A DNA stretch of 64,000 bases from Hydrurus foetidus (Eukaryota): NCBI GenBank assembly GCA_900617105.1, contig UYFQ01000032.1:744001-808000 (forward strand), read 5' to 3'. Numbering within the stretch: the stretch's first letter is position 1; each line of letters opens with the position of its first letter. Positions 39,582 through 49,678 of this stretch are shown one piece after another. Below the pieces are notes generated by a model. The model saw only the letters and a program-made list of their open reading frames with translations, was not told the DNA's origin and did no database searches. The position numbers were made by a program, and so were the translations under genes.

Positions 39582-41413
39582 ACGGCCACCCGCTGCACTT
39601 GGGGTTCAGGGGATGCACCGCTTTCTGAGCCTTCGTCAGCCTCACCCTCTTCCTCTTCACCGAGGTAAGCCTTGATGACGGCGGGGTTGCGTTGCACCGA
39701 TTGAGGGCTGCCTTCGGCGATCTTTTCGCCGTGGTCCAAGACGACAACGTGGTCTGAAACAGCCATCACCAAATCCATGTGGTGTTCGATCAACATCACG
39801 GTGATGCCTTTGCCAGAAATTTTTTGAATCAAAGCGATCAGCTCTTGCGTCTCTTGCGGATTCAGCCCCGCAGCGGGCTCGTCCAGCAGCAACAGCCTGG
39901 GGTGCGTAGCCAAAGCACGGGCAATTTCTAAGCGCCGCTGCAAGCCATAGGGCAGACTGCCTGCAGGCTCATCGGCGCGGTCTAGCAGCCCCACAAAATC
40001 TAACAATGCCGCAGCCTCTGTTCGGGCATTGCGCTCTTCTGTCCTGCTTGTGGGTGTGCTGAAAAGACTGGCCCAGAAGCCGCAAGGCAGGTGCGGGTGC
40101 AAACCGACCAGGACGTTTTCAGTGGCACTCATGTGGGCAAACAGGCGCAGGTTTTGAAAGGTACGGCCAATGCCCAGCTTGCAAACCTCACTGGAGCGCA
40201 TTTGCGCCACGTCTTTGCCGAATATCTGGACAGCACCACGGTCAGGTTTGACCACGCCAGACAAGATGTTCAGCAGCGTTGTTTTGCCCGCGCCATTGGG
40301 GCCAATCAGCGAATGCACATGGCCGGGGCGCAAGATCAGATCCACGTTGTGGGTGGGCACAACGCCGCCGTAAGCTTTGTAGAGCCCTTGGGCCTGCAAA
40401 ATCACCGCGTTGGCATCTTTGATCGCAGGGTATTTGCAGCGCCAGTCCGCCGACGGGGAAACCAATCTGACGGCGGCTGGGCGTCTGGCGGCAAACCGTC
40501 CGAACAAGGACTGAAGGGCTCCGGCAAGCCCTTGTGGCATGGCGTAAAGCGCAAACAGCAGCAACGCGCCGTAGGTGAAATGCTGTAGCTCCGGCCAACG
40601 CGCCAAGAACGCATCAAGCAGTGTCAGCACGATGGCCCCCAACGCTGGGCCCCAAACAGAAGGGCCACCAAACAGCACAATCAACAGCAAGAAGATCGAG
40701 AGCCGAAAGTTGATGAAATCCGAGTTGATGTACTGGTTTTGCTGCGCCACCAGCGCACCCGCGATACCGCAGGTCACAGCGCTGATCACAAAGGCGAGCA
40801 CCTTGAACCGGTAGACGTTCACCCCCACGCTCTCAGCCGCGACTTCGGCAGCTTGTACGGCCAGAAAAGCACGTCCATATTTACCATGCAGCAAATTGGC
40901 AATGAGAAAGTGGGTGACGAACGCGAGGCAAAGGATGAGCCAAGCCCACTCACGGATGGTGAGCATCTGACCGGCCAAAGTAGGGGGCAGCACGCCATAG
41001 ATGCCCGCCTGCCCGCCAAAAGGTTCCTGCCATTCGGTCACAACTTTTTCAACAACGATGCCAAAGCCGATGGTGACCATCGCAAGAGAGGGCCCTTTGA
41101 CGCGCAAAGAGGGGATAGCGATCAGCACGCCAAAGGCCGCTGCCACAAAGGCCGATGCCAGCAATGCCAACCAAGGGTTCCAGCCCGCCTGCGCCGTCAG
41201 AATCGCGGCGGTGTAGGCACCGGCGGCAAACAAGCCCGCATGCCCGAGAGATTTCTGCCCGCTCCAGCCCACCAAAACATTCAGCCCAGCCGCCGCAATG
41301 TAGTACATCCCTGCGGTGAAGATGATCTTGAGGTAAAACTCGTTGGTGATGATGGCAGGCACGGCTACGGCGGTGGCAATGGCCAGCAGCGCAAGGGTTG
41401 GGTTCTTGTTCAT
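39578..41413 (-). CDS. LIV-type ABC transporter permease/ATPase fusion (LivM-LivG-like)
   Basis: N-terminal multi-TM permease (SLGHAG), C-terminal GPNGAGKT, LPYG, LLDEPAAG. Confidence 0.92.
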   Translation of the reverse strand: MNKNPTLALLAIATAVAVPAIITNEFYLKIIFTAGMYYIAAAGLNVLVGWSGQKSLGHAGLFAAGAYTAAILTAQAGWNPWLALLASAFVAAAFGVLIAIPSLRVKGPSLAMVTIGFGIVVEKVVTEWQEPFGGQAGIYGVLPPTLAGQMLTIREWAWLILCLAFVTHFLIANLLHGKYGRAFLAVQAAEVAAESVGVNVYRFKVLAFVISAVTCGIAGALVAQQNQYINSDFINFRLSIFLLLIVLFGGPSVWGPALGAIVLTLLDAFLARWPELQHFTYGALLLFALYAMPQGLAGALQSLFGRFAARRPAAVRLVSPSADWRCKYPAIKDANAVILQAQGLYKAYGGVVPTHNVDLILRPGHVHSLIGPNGAGKTTLLNILSGVVKPDRGAVQIFGKDVAQMRSSEVCKLGIGRTFQNLRLFAHMSATENVLVGLHPHLPCGFWASLFSTPTSRTEERNARTEAAALLDFVGLLDRADEPAGSLPYGLQRRLEIARALATHPRLLLLDEPAAGLNPQETQELIALIQKISGKGITVMLIEHHMDLVMAVSDHVVVLDHGEKIAEGSPQSVQRNPAVIKAYLGEEEEGEADEGSESGASPEPQVQRVAV

Positions 41414-41429
41414 CGCACGCACATTGTTC

Positions 41430-42344
41430 TCATACTTTTTCAAACGTCTTGCGACCAAACAGACCTTCAGGCTTCACCATCAGCACCAGAATAATCAAGA
41501 GAAACAGTGTGATCTCACGCATTTCTGCACGCCAAAGCCCCACAACGGCTTCAATACAGCCCAGCAAAATTCCCCCGGCAATGCACCCCCTGGGGCTGGA
41601 AAGCCCGCCCACAATGGCCGCCGAAAAGGCTTTGAGCGCAATGGTCAGTCCCATGAACACGGATGCCGTCGTGATCGGTGCAATCAACAAGCCTGCAAGG
41701 CCCGCCAATCCGGAAGACATCACAAAGGCCAGCACCACCATCGCCGCGACGTTGATGCCCATCAGGGCTGCGGCCTGAGGGTTGGCGGCAACCGCACGCA
41801 CGGCTTTGCCGATTTTTGTTTTTCTCAACACGTAATCCAGCGCCGTCATCACGGTCAAGGTCGCCACGATGACCAGGATTTCTTGCGGACGCACACCCGC
41901 ACCCGCAATGCGCAACACCTCATCCCCCAAGGGCGAGGGCACGGCGATGGAGCTGCTGCCCCAAATGGCCATGGCAGAGTTCTGCAAAACGATGCCAAAA
42001 CCAATGGTGCTCATCACCCAGGCCATGCCACCAGACCCAAAGAAAGGGCGAATCGCCGTGTAATACAAGAGAACGCCAAGCAGCCCCACCACAACCACCG
42101 TGATGAGCAGCGCCATCAGGTAACGCCCCATCGTCACATCGGCTTGCACAAGCACTGCTGTGTAGGGCTTGCCTGCCAACAAGAGCAATGCGCCAACGGC
42201 GACAAATGCACCCGCCACCAAAAACTCACCTTGCCCGAAATTGAGGGTTTTGGTGGTGGTGTGCGTGATGCTGAAGCCGAGCGCGACGAGGGCATAAATC
42301 CCGCCCAGTGCCAGACCGCTGAGCAATGCTTGGAGGAGTACCAT
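41430..42344 (-). CDS. LIV-type ABC transporter permease (LivH-like)
   Basis: GGIYALVALG, NFGQG, GKAVRAVA.N, KPEGLFG. Confidence 0.92.
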   Translation of the reverse strand: MVLLQALLSGLALGGIYALVALGFSITHTTTKTLNFGQGEFLVAGAFVAVGALLLLAGKPYTAVLVQADVTMGRYLMALLITVVVVGLLGVLLYYTAIRPFFGSGGMAWVMSTIGFGIVLQNSAMAIWGSSSIAVPSPLGDEVLRIAGAGVRPQEILVIVATLTVMTALDYVLRKTKIGKAVRAVAANPQAAALMGINVAAMVVLAFVMSSGLAGLAGLLIAPITTASVFMGLTIALKAFSAAIVGGLSSPRGCIAGGILLGCIEAVVGLWRAEMREITLFLLIILVLMVKPEGLFGRKTFEKV

Positions 42345-43552
42345 TATTTTTTCAGGTCAGCGGCCGTGATAGATTTGGTTACAGCGTCAGAGAAGTTGGT
42401 GACTTTGCCGTCTTTCCACTTTCCAAGCTGAAAGTCTTCAACGCCTAAACCCTCATGGTCAGTCTTGGAGAAAGGTGTCTTGTAGAGCTTCACGATGCCT
42501 TGCACTTCCGGTAGTCCAGACTCCAGCGCTGCAGCGAGCTTGGCACCATCGGTCGTGCCCGCTTGCTTGATGGCTGCGGCGACCAGCATTACCGAATCGT
42601 AGGCTTGCGCGGCAGACACAAAGGTCACCATAGAGGGATAGCGTTCACGAACCCGCACCGCCAGAGCGGTTGCGCGGGCATTGCTGTCTTCCGCCGTGGA
42701 CGTGGCAAACACCAAGTGCTCAGCCAGTTTTTTGCCTGCGGTGTTGACCAGAACCGAGCTCATGTTGCCCCATGTACCAATGGCTGTAGGCATGTAGTTG
42801 ATCTTTTCCATGCTGCGCAATGTCTGCGCATTGCCGTCGGCCAGCCCATAAATCAACAACGTGTCAGCCCCGGCATCGCGGATTTTGGCCAATTGCGAAG
42901 TCATGTCAGTGTCTTTGGGGCCAAACTTTTCAACGGCGACAGGTGCCAGTCCATGCAAGGCAAGAACTTCGGTAGCATCTTTCACACCTTGGGTTCCAAA
43001 CCCTGTGGAATCAGCGATGAACGCAATTTTCTTGTTTTTACTGACTTTGACGGCGTAAGCCAGCAACAAAGCGACCTGCTCACGGTCAACCATCGAAACA
43101 CGGAAGATGTAGTTTTGCGCTTCGCCCTGGTAGCGCTTGGTGATGTCTGTCGCCGTCGCCACCGGAACAATCACGGGAACCTTCTTTTGCTGGGGAATGT
43201 GCAGCCATGCCAAGGCATTGCCCGAGTTTGTCGGCCCCACCACGACAGAAACCTTTTCGCTGTCGATCAACTCGGTCATGTTTTGAATGGACTTCGGCGG
43301 TGCGCCCGTGTCATCGCGCACCACGGGAATCACCTTTTTGCCCAACAAGCCACCCGACTTGTTGATGTCTTCAATGGCGAGCTCAAAGCCATGCCGCGCC
43401 GCCATGCCCAACTCAGCAGCTGCCGTGCCGGATTGATCAGCGTTGAAGCCAAACTTAATGTCTTGAGCGATGGCACCACGGGTGCTGAACGCACAAATTG
43501 CAGCCGATGCCAGCAGCGTGATGACCCAATGGGTTGGCTTCTTGATTGCCAT
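42344..43552 (-). CDS. LIV-family periplasmic substrate-binding protein
   Basis: Signal peptide, INKSGGLLG..RDD, AYDSV; first gene of the transporter operon. Confidence 0.9.
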   Translation of the reverse strand: MAIKKPTHWVITLLASAAICAFSTRGAIAQDIKFGFNADQSGTAAAELGMAARHGFELAIEDINKSGGLLGKKVIPVVRDDTGAPPKSIQNMTELIDSEKVSVVVGPTNSGNALAWLHIPQQKKVPVIVPVATATDITKRYQGEAQNYIFRVSMVDREQVALLLAYAVKVSKNKKIAFIADSTGFGTQGVKDATEVLALHGLAPVAVEKFGPKDTDMTSQLAKIRDAGADTLLIYGLADGNAQTLRSMEKINYMPTAIGTWGNMSSVLVNTAGKKLAEHLVFATSTAEDSNARATALAVRVRERYPSMVTFVSAAQAYDSVMLVAAAIKQAGTTDGAKLAAALESGLPEVQGIVKLYKTPFSKTDHEGLGVEDFQLGKWKDGKVTNFSDAVTKSITAADLKK

Positions 43553-43601
43553 AGCTTTGTCTCCTGATGTGGATTACGAGAAGCCCAGACTGTAGCCAAG
43601 G

Positions 43602-43652
43602 TGTACCCGTTCATAAAGGTACAGTTTTGAGGGACAGTGATTTTGACTGTCC
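43602..43652. promoter_or_regulatory. Probable MocR-family operator (two inverted-repeat pairs)
   Basis: TGTACC-N10-GGTACA and GGACAGT-N7-ACTGTCC in the divergent intergenic region. Confidence 0.6.
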
Positions 43653-43719
43653 GATCGTTTGAAAAACTGCCATAGTTGAAACCTGTACCCGCACCCGCCA
43701 ACCTTTTGCCCAAAACCGC

Positions 43720-45120
43720 ATGAAACGCTCACCCACCCTCGCCCAGGAACTGGCCGAATCTATCGAAAGACAGATTCAAGAAGGGGCCTATGCGCCTGGA
43801 GAGAAACTGCCCTCTTTGCGAATGCTTGCGCAATTGCACGGATACTCCAAAAATACGGTCGTGGCTGCTTTTGAACTGCTGGTCAGTTTGGGGGCCATTG
43901 AACCCCGACGCGGTTCAGGCTTCTACGTCTGCCAACAGCGCTCACGAAAACCTGTAGACGAAGAACCCCGGTCTCTTGACCGCGCCATGAACATTGTGTG
44001 GATGATGCGCGAGCAGTTCAAAACGGTTCAAGACGCACACCCTGTCGGCGACGGCTTCCCCCCCATCGAGTGGCTGTCCGATTTGAGATTGGACAAATAC
44101 CACCACAAAGTTGTCCGCAGCGGCATGGGCACAGTATTCCGATATGGCAATCGGTTTGGATACCCACCCTTAAGGGATCATCTGGTTCGCCGACTTGCGT
44201 CTTTTGGCATTGGCGCCAACCCCGGTCAAATACTGATGACCCAGGGCGCCAACAGTGCGATGGATCTGGTGATTCGCTACTTTGTCCCGCCTGGAGCAGT
44301 GGTGCTTGTGGATGATCCTGGCTACTACCTGCTCTTTGGAAAACTCAAGTTGGCAGATGCCCGAATCATTGGCGTCCCCAGGCTGCCCGATGGCCCTGAT
44401 CTTGACGCGCTGGAGCAGCTCATCATTCAGTACAAGCCCAGGCTCTTCTTCACACAATCAGCGGCACACAACCCCACCGGCACGGATCTCGCCGCCTGGA
44501 AAGCATTTCGGGTGCTGAAACTCGCACAGGAACACGATGTGTTGATTGTGGAAAACGATGCGTTGGCAGATTTCAAGCCTTTGGCAGCGCCCAGACTGTC
44601 GGCGCTGGATCAACTGGAAAGAACCATCTACATCGGTTCGTTTTCAAAGTCATTTTCGGCATCCCTGCGCGTTGGCTTCATTGCCTGCAGCGCAGATCTG
44701 GCCAGCGAACTCGCGGATTTGAAAACGCTGATTTCGACAAACTCGTCCGAGTACTGCGAGCGCACTGTCGATGTGATCCTCAAAGAAGGGCATTACGACA
44801 AACACATGGTGCGCTTACGCCAACGGGTGACTGAGGCCACAGATTTGGCCCACCAGGCGTTGACCTCGCTGGGTGCCACTGTTTTTGGCAACACCCACCA
44901 ATCGCTTTACCTGTGGGCATCACTCCCCGGCATACCAGACACCCACAAACTCGCACAAGACCTTCAGCAAAAGCACATCATGATCGCGCCAGGCAGGCTG
45001 TTTCGCGTGGACTCGGATCCCGCCTGCGAGTGGTCAAGGTTCAACACAGGGGCTTTGGCGAACCCTGTGGTTTTTGAAGCGCTGAAAGCGGCGCTAGAGG
45101 ACACAACGCAGATGCGCTGA
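43720..45120 (+). CDS. GntR/MocR family regulator (wHTH plus PLP aminotransferase-like domain)
   Basis: KLPSLR, SKNTV..A, RRGSGFYV; HNPTG, END, SFSK (PLP lysine). Confidence 0.93.
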   Translation: MKRSPTLAQELAESIERQIQEGAYAPGEKLPSLRMLAQLHGYSKNTVVAAFELLVSLGAIEPRRGSGFYVCQQRSRKPVDEEPRSLDRAMNIVWMMREQFKTVQDAHPVGDGFPPIEWLSDLRLDKYHHKVVRSGMGTVFRYGNRFGYPPLRDHLVRRLASFGIGANPGQILMTQGANSAMDLVIRYFVPPGAVVLVDDPGYYLLFGKLKLADARIIGVPRLPDGPDLDALEQLIIQYKPRLFFTQSAAHNPTGTDLAAWKAFRVLKLAQEHDVLIVENDALADFKPLAAPRLSALDQLERTIYIGSFSKSFSASLRVGFIACSADLASELADLKTLISTNSSEYCERTVDVILKEGHYDKHMVRLRQRVTEATDLAHQALTSLGATVFGNTHQSLYLWASLPGIPDTHKLAQDLQQKHIMIAPGRLFRVDSDPACEWSRFNTGALANPVVFEALKAALEDTTQMR

Positions 45121-45234
45121 AACGAACGTGGTCACTCTGGCTGTAAAGCAATGCCTCTTATGTCGTGAAGGCTGAATCCACCCCGAATCCTGCGAAATGA
45201 GCTTTTGAGCTTGCACTCAACGCTGCATGACGAG

Positions 45235-46161
45235 TTAAGGTCTGATTTTTCCTGTTTTTCCTGCCACGGGGTCCAGAAATAGCTGTTTGAAATAGTCCCT
45301 AAAGGCTTGCATCGCCGGTGAATGCTTCCGCCCTTGTTTCCATCCGAGACCAATGTTCATCGAAGGCACGTTGTCCTTGAGATTGATGGTTTCAATTCGC
45401 TTGCCTTCGAGCGACCAGGGCCTGTAAACCATGTCAGACAGTATGGTTACCCCTTGCCCGTTTGCCACCATGCTGCGCACGGCTTCTACTGAGCTGGTAC
45501 GCAGGCGAATGTTGGGCAGATACGGCGTGTTTGACCAATACTTCAGGGTGGTAGCTGCAGCTTCGTCAACGGTCAGCATGATGTAGGGCTCCGCTGCCAC
45601 ATCGGCCAATGTGACATCGGCTTTTTCCAGCATGGGGTGTTTGGCAGGCACCCACAGTCGGCGCTGTGAGCCAAAAAATGTTTCTAAGGTTAGTTCATGG
45701 AGAACTGCGTTGGAGGTCAGCAGTACCCCCATGTCGTAACGCTCAGTGACTAAGCCCTCTTCGATGCCCTCTCGCACCACTTCATGCACTTTGACTTCAA
45801 CTTTGGGATGCCGTTGTGCGAAGCGCTGCAGATGGTGTGGCAGGAAATAGCCCAACACGGTATAGCTTGCGGCCAGTGTGAGAGTGCCTTCGACGGTGGT
45901 CTCGTGATCGGGCATGCGCAAGGCGTCGTCGACAGCGGCGAGCACGTTGTAAGCGTGACTTAGAAATCGACGTCCCGCGTCTGTGAGTTCCACCCCATGC
46001 GAATGGCGCTCAAGCAACTGCTGATTCAAGGTGTCTTCCAATTCACGCACAGCCGTGGTGACGGCTGATTGAGAAATGTTCAGCTGCACCGCTGCCTGAG
46101 AAATGCGTCCCAGCTCTGCCACAGCAGCGAAATATTTGAGTTGACGAATCGAGAAACTCAT
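45235..46161 (-). CDS. LysR family transcriptional regulator
   Basis: RQLKYF..VAE, ISQSAVT..VRELE, LTDAG; divergent from the pxpA operon. Confidence 0.94.
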   Translation of the reverse strand: MSFSIRQLKYFAAVAELGRISQAAVQLNISQSAVTTAVRELEDTLNQQLLERHSHGVELTDAGRRFLSHAYNVLAAVDDALRMPDHETTVEGTLTLAASYTVLGYFLPHHLQRFAQRHPKVEVKVHEVVREGIEEGLVTERYDMGVLLTSNAVLHELTLETFFGSQRRLWVPAKHPMLEKADVTLADVAAEPYIMLTVDEAAATTLKYWSNTPYLPNIRLRTSSVEAVRSMVANGQGVTILSDMVYRPWSLEGKRIETINLKDNVPSMNIGLGWKQGRKHSPAMQAFRDYFKQLFLDPVAGKTGKIRP

Positions 46162-46177
46162 GGAAAACCCTAAAACC

Positions 46178-46192
46178 ATCTGAATTTTAGAT
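46178..46192. promoter_or_regulatory. Probable LysR binding box
   Basis: ATCTgaattttAGAT palindrome (T-N11-A) just upstream of the LysR gene; CCATCT recurs 21-23 bp downstream. Confidence 0.55.
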
Positions 46193-46294
46193 ATTAGACC
46201 ATCTAAATATATTGCTTTTCAGAATCATCTGCAATTCCTAGACTCTCCTCCATCGCATGCCACAACGGCATGAGCAACCGAAACAACGGAACAT

Positions 46295-47068
46295 ATGAAA
46301 AAGACAATAGATCTCAATTCTGACATGGGTGAAGGCTTTGGCCCATGGCAGATCGGGGACGGGGTGGATGCCGACATCATGCCTTTGATCAGTTCGGCCA
46401 ACATCGCCACCGGCTTTCACGCAGGTGACCCCAACATCATGCAGCGCATGGTGGCGCTGGCGACCAAGCACGGCGTCGGCATCGGTGCGCATCCAGGTTT
46501 TCGCGACCTGGTGGGTTTTGGCCGACGCCACATCAAGGCCAGTGCGGATGAACTGGTCAATGACTTCATTTATCAAATGGGCGCGTTGCGTGAGTTCACG
46601 CGCCTGAACAATGCTTTGCTGCGTCATGTCAAACCGCATGGCGCGCTGTACATGCATGTGGCGCAAGACGAAGCCATGTCAATAGCGCTGGTCGAGGCCA
46701 TTCAGCGTACCGATCCCTCACTTTATCTGTACTGCATGGCGCAGTCATTCACCCATCGCGTGGCCACAGAAATGGGGCTGCGTGTGGTGCGCGAGTTTTA
46801 TGCCGATCGCGATTACAACAGCAGTGGCTCCATTGTCTTCACGCGCCGCGTCGGCCCGCTGGATGCCCAAGCTGTTGCGGCGAAAGTGCTGCGGGCTTGT
46901 ACTGAGGGCACCGTGCAAACGGTGGATGGCCAGTCTATTGCTATCGAGTTTGACTCGGTCTGCATCCACAGCGACACGCCTGGCGCATTGACGCTGATCC
47001 AAACCACCCGCGATGCCTTGCTAGCCCAAGGCATTACCCTGGCAGCCCATGTTTCAGCCCACGGCTGA
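46295..47068 (+). CDS. pxpA: LamB/YcsF family protein (PxpA-like)
   Basis: [48 protein letters not shown]. Confidence 0.9.
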   Translation: MKKTIDLNSDMGEGFGPWQIGDGVDADIMPLISSANIATGFHAGDPNIMQRMVALATKHGVGIGAHPGFRDLVGFGRRHIKASADELVNDFIYQMGALREFTRLNNALLRHVKPHGALYMHVAQDEAMSIALVEAIQRTDPSLYLYCMAQSFTHRVATEMGLRVVREFYADRDYNSSGSIVFTRRVGPLDAQAVAAKVLRACTEGTVQTVDGQSIAIEFDSVCIHSDTPGALTLIQTTRDALLAQGITLAAHVSAHG

Positions 47069-47099
47069 CCCCGCCTTACCTAAATTCAAGGAGACAAGC

Positions 47100-47348
47100 A
47101 TGTCCAACACCCATGAAATTTTGAGCCCTTTGCCGGGCACCTTCTACCGCAGCGCCAGCCCGGATACACCGCGTTACAAGGTCGAGGGTGACCCAGTTGC
47201 CTTGGGGGATGTCATCGGTCTGGTCGAGGTCATGAAGCAATTCAATGAGATCACCGCAGATGTGGCGGGCAAGATAGTCAGCTTCGAGGCGCCCAGCGGC
47301 GAGCCGGTGGATCCAGGCCAGGTACTGGCCGTGATCGCTTTGAGCTGA
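47100..47348 (+). CDS. Biotin carboxyl carrier protein (short, biotinyl domain only)
   Basis: SPLPGTFYR, EVMK biotinylation motif, 82 aa, AAGGAG RBS. Confidence 0.9.
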   Translation: MSNTHEILSPLPGTFYRSASPDTPRYKVEGDPVALGDVIGLVEVMKQFNEITADVAGKIVSFEAPSGEPVDPGQVLAVIALS

Positions 47349-47357
47349 GGGCGGCGC

Positions 47358-48785
47358 ATGCAAGCCAAATTCAAAACCCTGCTGGTCGCCAACCGGGGCG
47401 AGATTGCGGTACGCATCATCCGCGCCGCCAAAGAACTGGGCCTGCGAACAGTAGCGGTCTACAGTGACGCTGATGTGGACAGTCTGGCCGTGCGCATGGC
47501 GGACACCGCCGTGCGCATCGGCCCGGCCCATGCCAGTAAAAGCTACCTGAGCATCCCCGCCTTGCTGGACGCGGCCCGCGAAAGTGGCGCCGGTGCGGTG
47601 CACCCAGGTTACGGTTTTCTTTCTGAAAATGCCGCCTTTGCCGAGGCCGTTGAACAAGCGGGCTTGGTCTTCGTCGGCCCCACGCCACATGCGATTCGCA
47701 CCATGGGCGACAAGGCCGTGGCACGCTCTGCGGCGATGCGCGCGGGTGTGCCCACCGTGCCCGGCAGCGCCGATGTGGTGCTCACTGCCGATGACGCAGT
47801 GGCTCAGGCGCAAGCCATTGGCTTTCCGATCATGATCAAGGCTTCGGCTGGCGGTGGTGGGCGTGGCATACGTGTGGCGCAGAACGCTGACGAGCTGCGC
47901 CAGCAGTTTGCCTTGGCTACCGCCGAAGCCGCTGCAGCCTTTGGCAATGGCGCGGTTTACTTGGAGCGCTTCATCCGCCGTGCGCGCCACATTGAAGTGC
48001 AAATTCTGGGCGATGGCGAGCGTGTGGTGCATTGCTTTGAGCGCGAATGTTCGCTACAGCGGCGTCGGCAAAAAGTGTGGGAAGAAGCGCCGTCCGCAGC
48101 CATCAGCGAGGCAACTCGCACCGCACTGTGCGAGTCGGCACTGCGCCTGGCCCGTGCGGTGTCCTATCGGGGTGCTGGCACGCTGGAATACCTGTACGAC
48201 GACGATTCGCAAGAGTTCTTTTTCATCGAGATGAACACCCGTATCCAAGTTGAGCATCCCATCACCGAAATGGTGACCGGTGTGGATCTGGTGCAAGAAA
48301 TGATTCGCATCGCGATGGGCGAGCCATTGCGGCTACAGCAGCAAGACATACGTTTAAACGGCGCAGCAATTGAAGTGCGCATCAACGCTGAAGATGCGGC
48401 AAAAAATTTCATGCCCAGTCCGGGAAAAGTGACGCAGTTGATGGTACCGGGTGGTCCGGGTGTGCGCTTTGATTCCATGCTCTACCCCGGCTACACCGTG
48501 CCCGCTTATTACGACTCGCTGCTCGGAAAACTGATCGTGCACGCACCAGACCGCGCTAGCGCACTGCGTCGCATGCAGCGCGCTCTGGGTGAATTGGTGG
48601 TCGAAGGCGTGCGCACCACGGTGCCCTTGCACCAGGCCTTGTGCGCGGCCCCCGAAGTGGCAGCGGCACAGTTTCACACCGGCTTTTTAGAGGTGTGGCT
48701 GGCGGAGAACCCCCTTGCACCTGCCTCGACGATCGCAAGCACACCCGTGGCGACACCGGTTTCGAAACAAGGAGTAATTGCATGA
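47358..48785 (+). CDS. Biotin carboxylase (AccC-like)
   Basis: ANRGEIA, HPGYGFLSEN, GGGGRG, RECSLQRR, EMNTRIQVEH, YDSLLGK. Confidence 0.95.
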   Translation: MQAKFKTLLVANRGEIAVRIIRAAKELGLRTVAVYSDADVDSLAVRMADTAVRIGPAHASKSYLSIPALLDAARESGAGAVHPGYGFLSENAAFAEAVEQAGLVFVGPTPHAIRTMGDKAVARSAAMRAGVPTVPGSADVVLTADDAVAQAQAIGFPIMIKASAGGGGRGIRVAQNADELRQQFALATAEAAAAFGNGAVYLERFIRRARHIEVQILGDGERVVHCFERECSLQRRRQKVWEEAPSAAISEATRTALCESALRLARAVSYRGAGTLEYLYDDDSQEFFFIEMNTRIQVEHPITEMVTGVDLVQEMIRIAMGEPLRLQQQDIRLNGAAIEVRINAEDAAKNFMPSPGKVTQLMVPGGPGVRFDSMLYPGYTVPAYYDSLLGKLIVHAPDRASALRRMQRALGELVVEGVRTTVPLHQALCAAPEVAAAQFHTGFLEVWLAENPLAPASTIASTPVATPVSKQGVIA

Positions 48786-49678
48786 GCCCAACCAAACCCT
48801 TAGGCAAAGCGCGCTACACCTTTGGCGGTGATGAGCATGTCTTTGTCGAGATCAGCGAATCCATGTCGCTGCCTGCATTCTTCAAAGGCATGGCGATTTG
48901 CACCGAGTTGAAGAAGCGCGCTGTGCCCGGCGTGAGCGAAATCTGCCCGGCCAACGCCTCCTACCAAGTGCGTTTTGATCCCGATGTGATTGCACCAGAG
49001 GCCATGATGCACTGCCTGCAAGACATCGAGGTATCGGTGGGTGACGCCGAGATGGAATTGCAAACCCGCATCATTGAAGTGCCAGTGCTCTACAACGACC
49101 CCTGGACACACGAGACCTTGATGCGTTTTCGCGAACGGCATCAAGACCCGAAGAGCACTGACCTCGAATACGCAGCGCGCATCAACCACTTCAAAACAGT
49201 GGACGAGTTCATCCAGGCGCATTCAGCCTCGCCCTGGTTTGTCTCCATGGTCGGCTTTGTCGCCGGGCTGCCGTTTTTGTTTCAAATGGTCGAGCAAAAG
49301 CGCCAGCTCGAAGTACCCAAGTACCTGAGCCCACGCACCGATACACCCAAGCTCACGCTGGGCCATGGCGGCTGTTTCAGCTGCATTTACTCGGTGCGCG
49401 GTGCCGGTGGCTACCAGATGTTTGGCGTCACGCCCGCGCCCATTTTTGACCCTGCGCAAGGCCTACCCTACCTGAAGGACTTGATGGTTTTCTTCAAGCC
49501 CGGCGACATCGTCAAGTGGAAGCCGATTGACAGGCCTGAGTACGACCGCATCACGAAGGAAGTCGAAGCGGGCACCTATCAACTGCCCATGCGGGCGGTC
49601 AACTTTTCACTGGAGGCCTTTTTGGCCCAGCCCGATTCCTATAACCAAGAACTGCTGCAGGTGCTCCATGGCCATTGA
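48782..49678 (+). CDS. pxpB: Carboxyltransferase C/D-domain protein (PxpB/KipI/allophanate hydrolase subunit 1 family)
   Basis: GFVAGLPF, PRTDTP, GAGGYQMFG, FKPGD; ATG overlaps the biotin carboxylase stop. Confidence 0.85.
   Translation: MSPTKPLGKARYTFGGDEHVFVEISESMSLPAFFKGMAICTELKKRAVPGVSEICPANASYQVRFDPDVIAPEAMMHCLQDIEVSVGDAEMELQTRIIEVPVLYNDPWTHETLMRFRERHQDPKSTDLEYAARINHFKTVDEFIQAHSASPWFVSMVGFVAGLPFLFQMVEQKRQLEVPKYLSPRTDTPKLTLGHGGCFSCIYSVRGAGGYQMFGVTPAPIFDPAQGLPYLKDLMVFFKPGDIVKWKPIDRPEYDRITKEVEAGTYQLPMRAVNFSLEAFLAQPDSYNQELLQVLHGH

Noticed and set aside
47100..48785. Housekeeping acetyl-CoA carboxylase accBC
   Set aside because: The BCCP is a minimal 82 aa domain and both genes are embedded between pxpA and pxpB with no fatty-acid context; gene symbols withheld.
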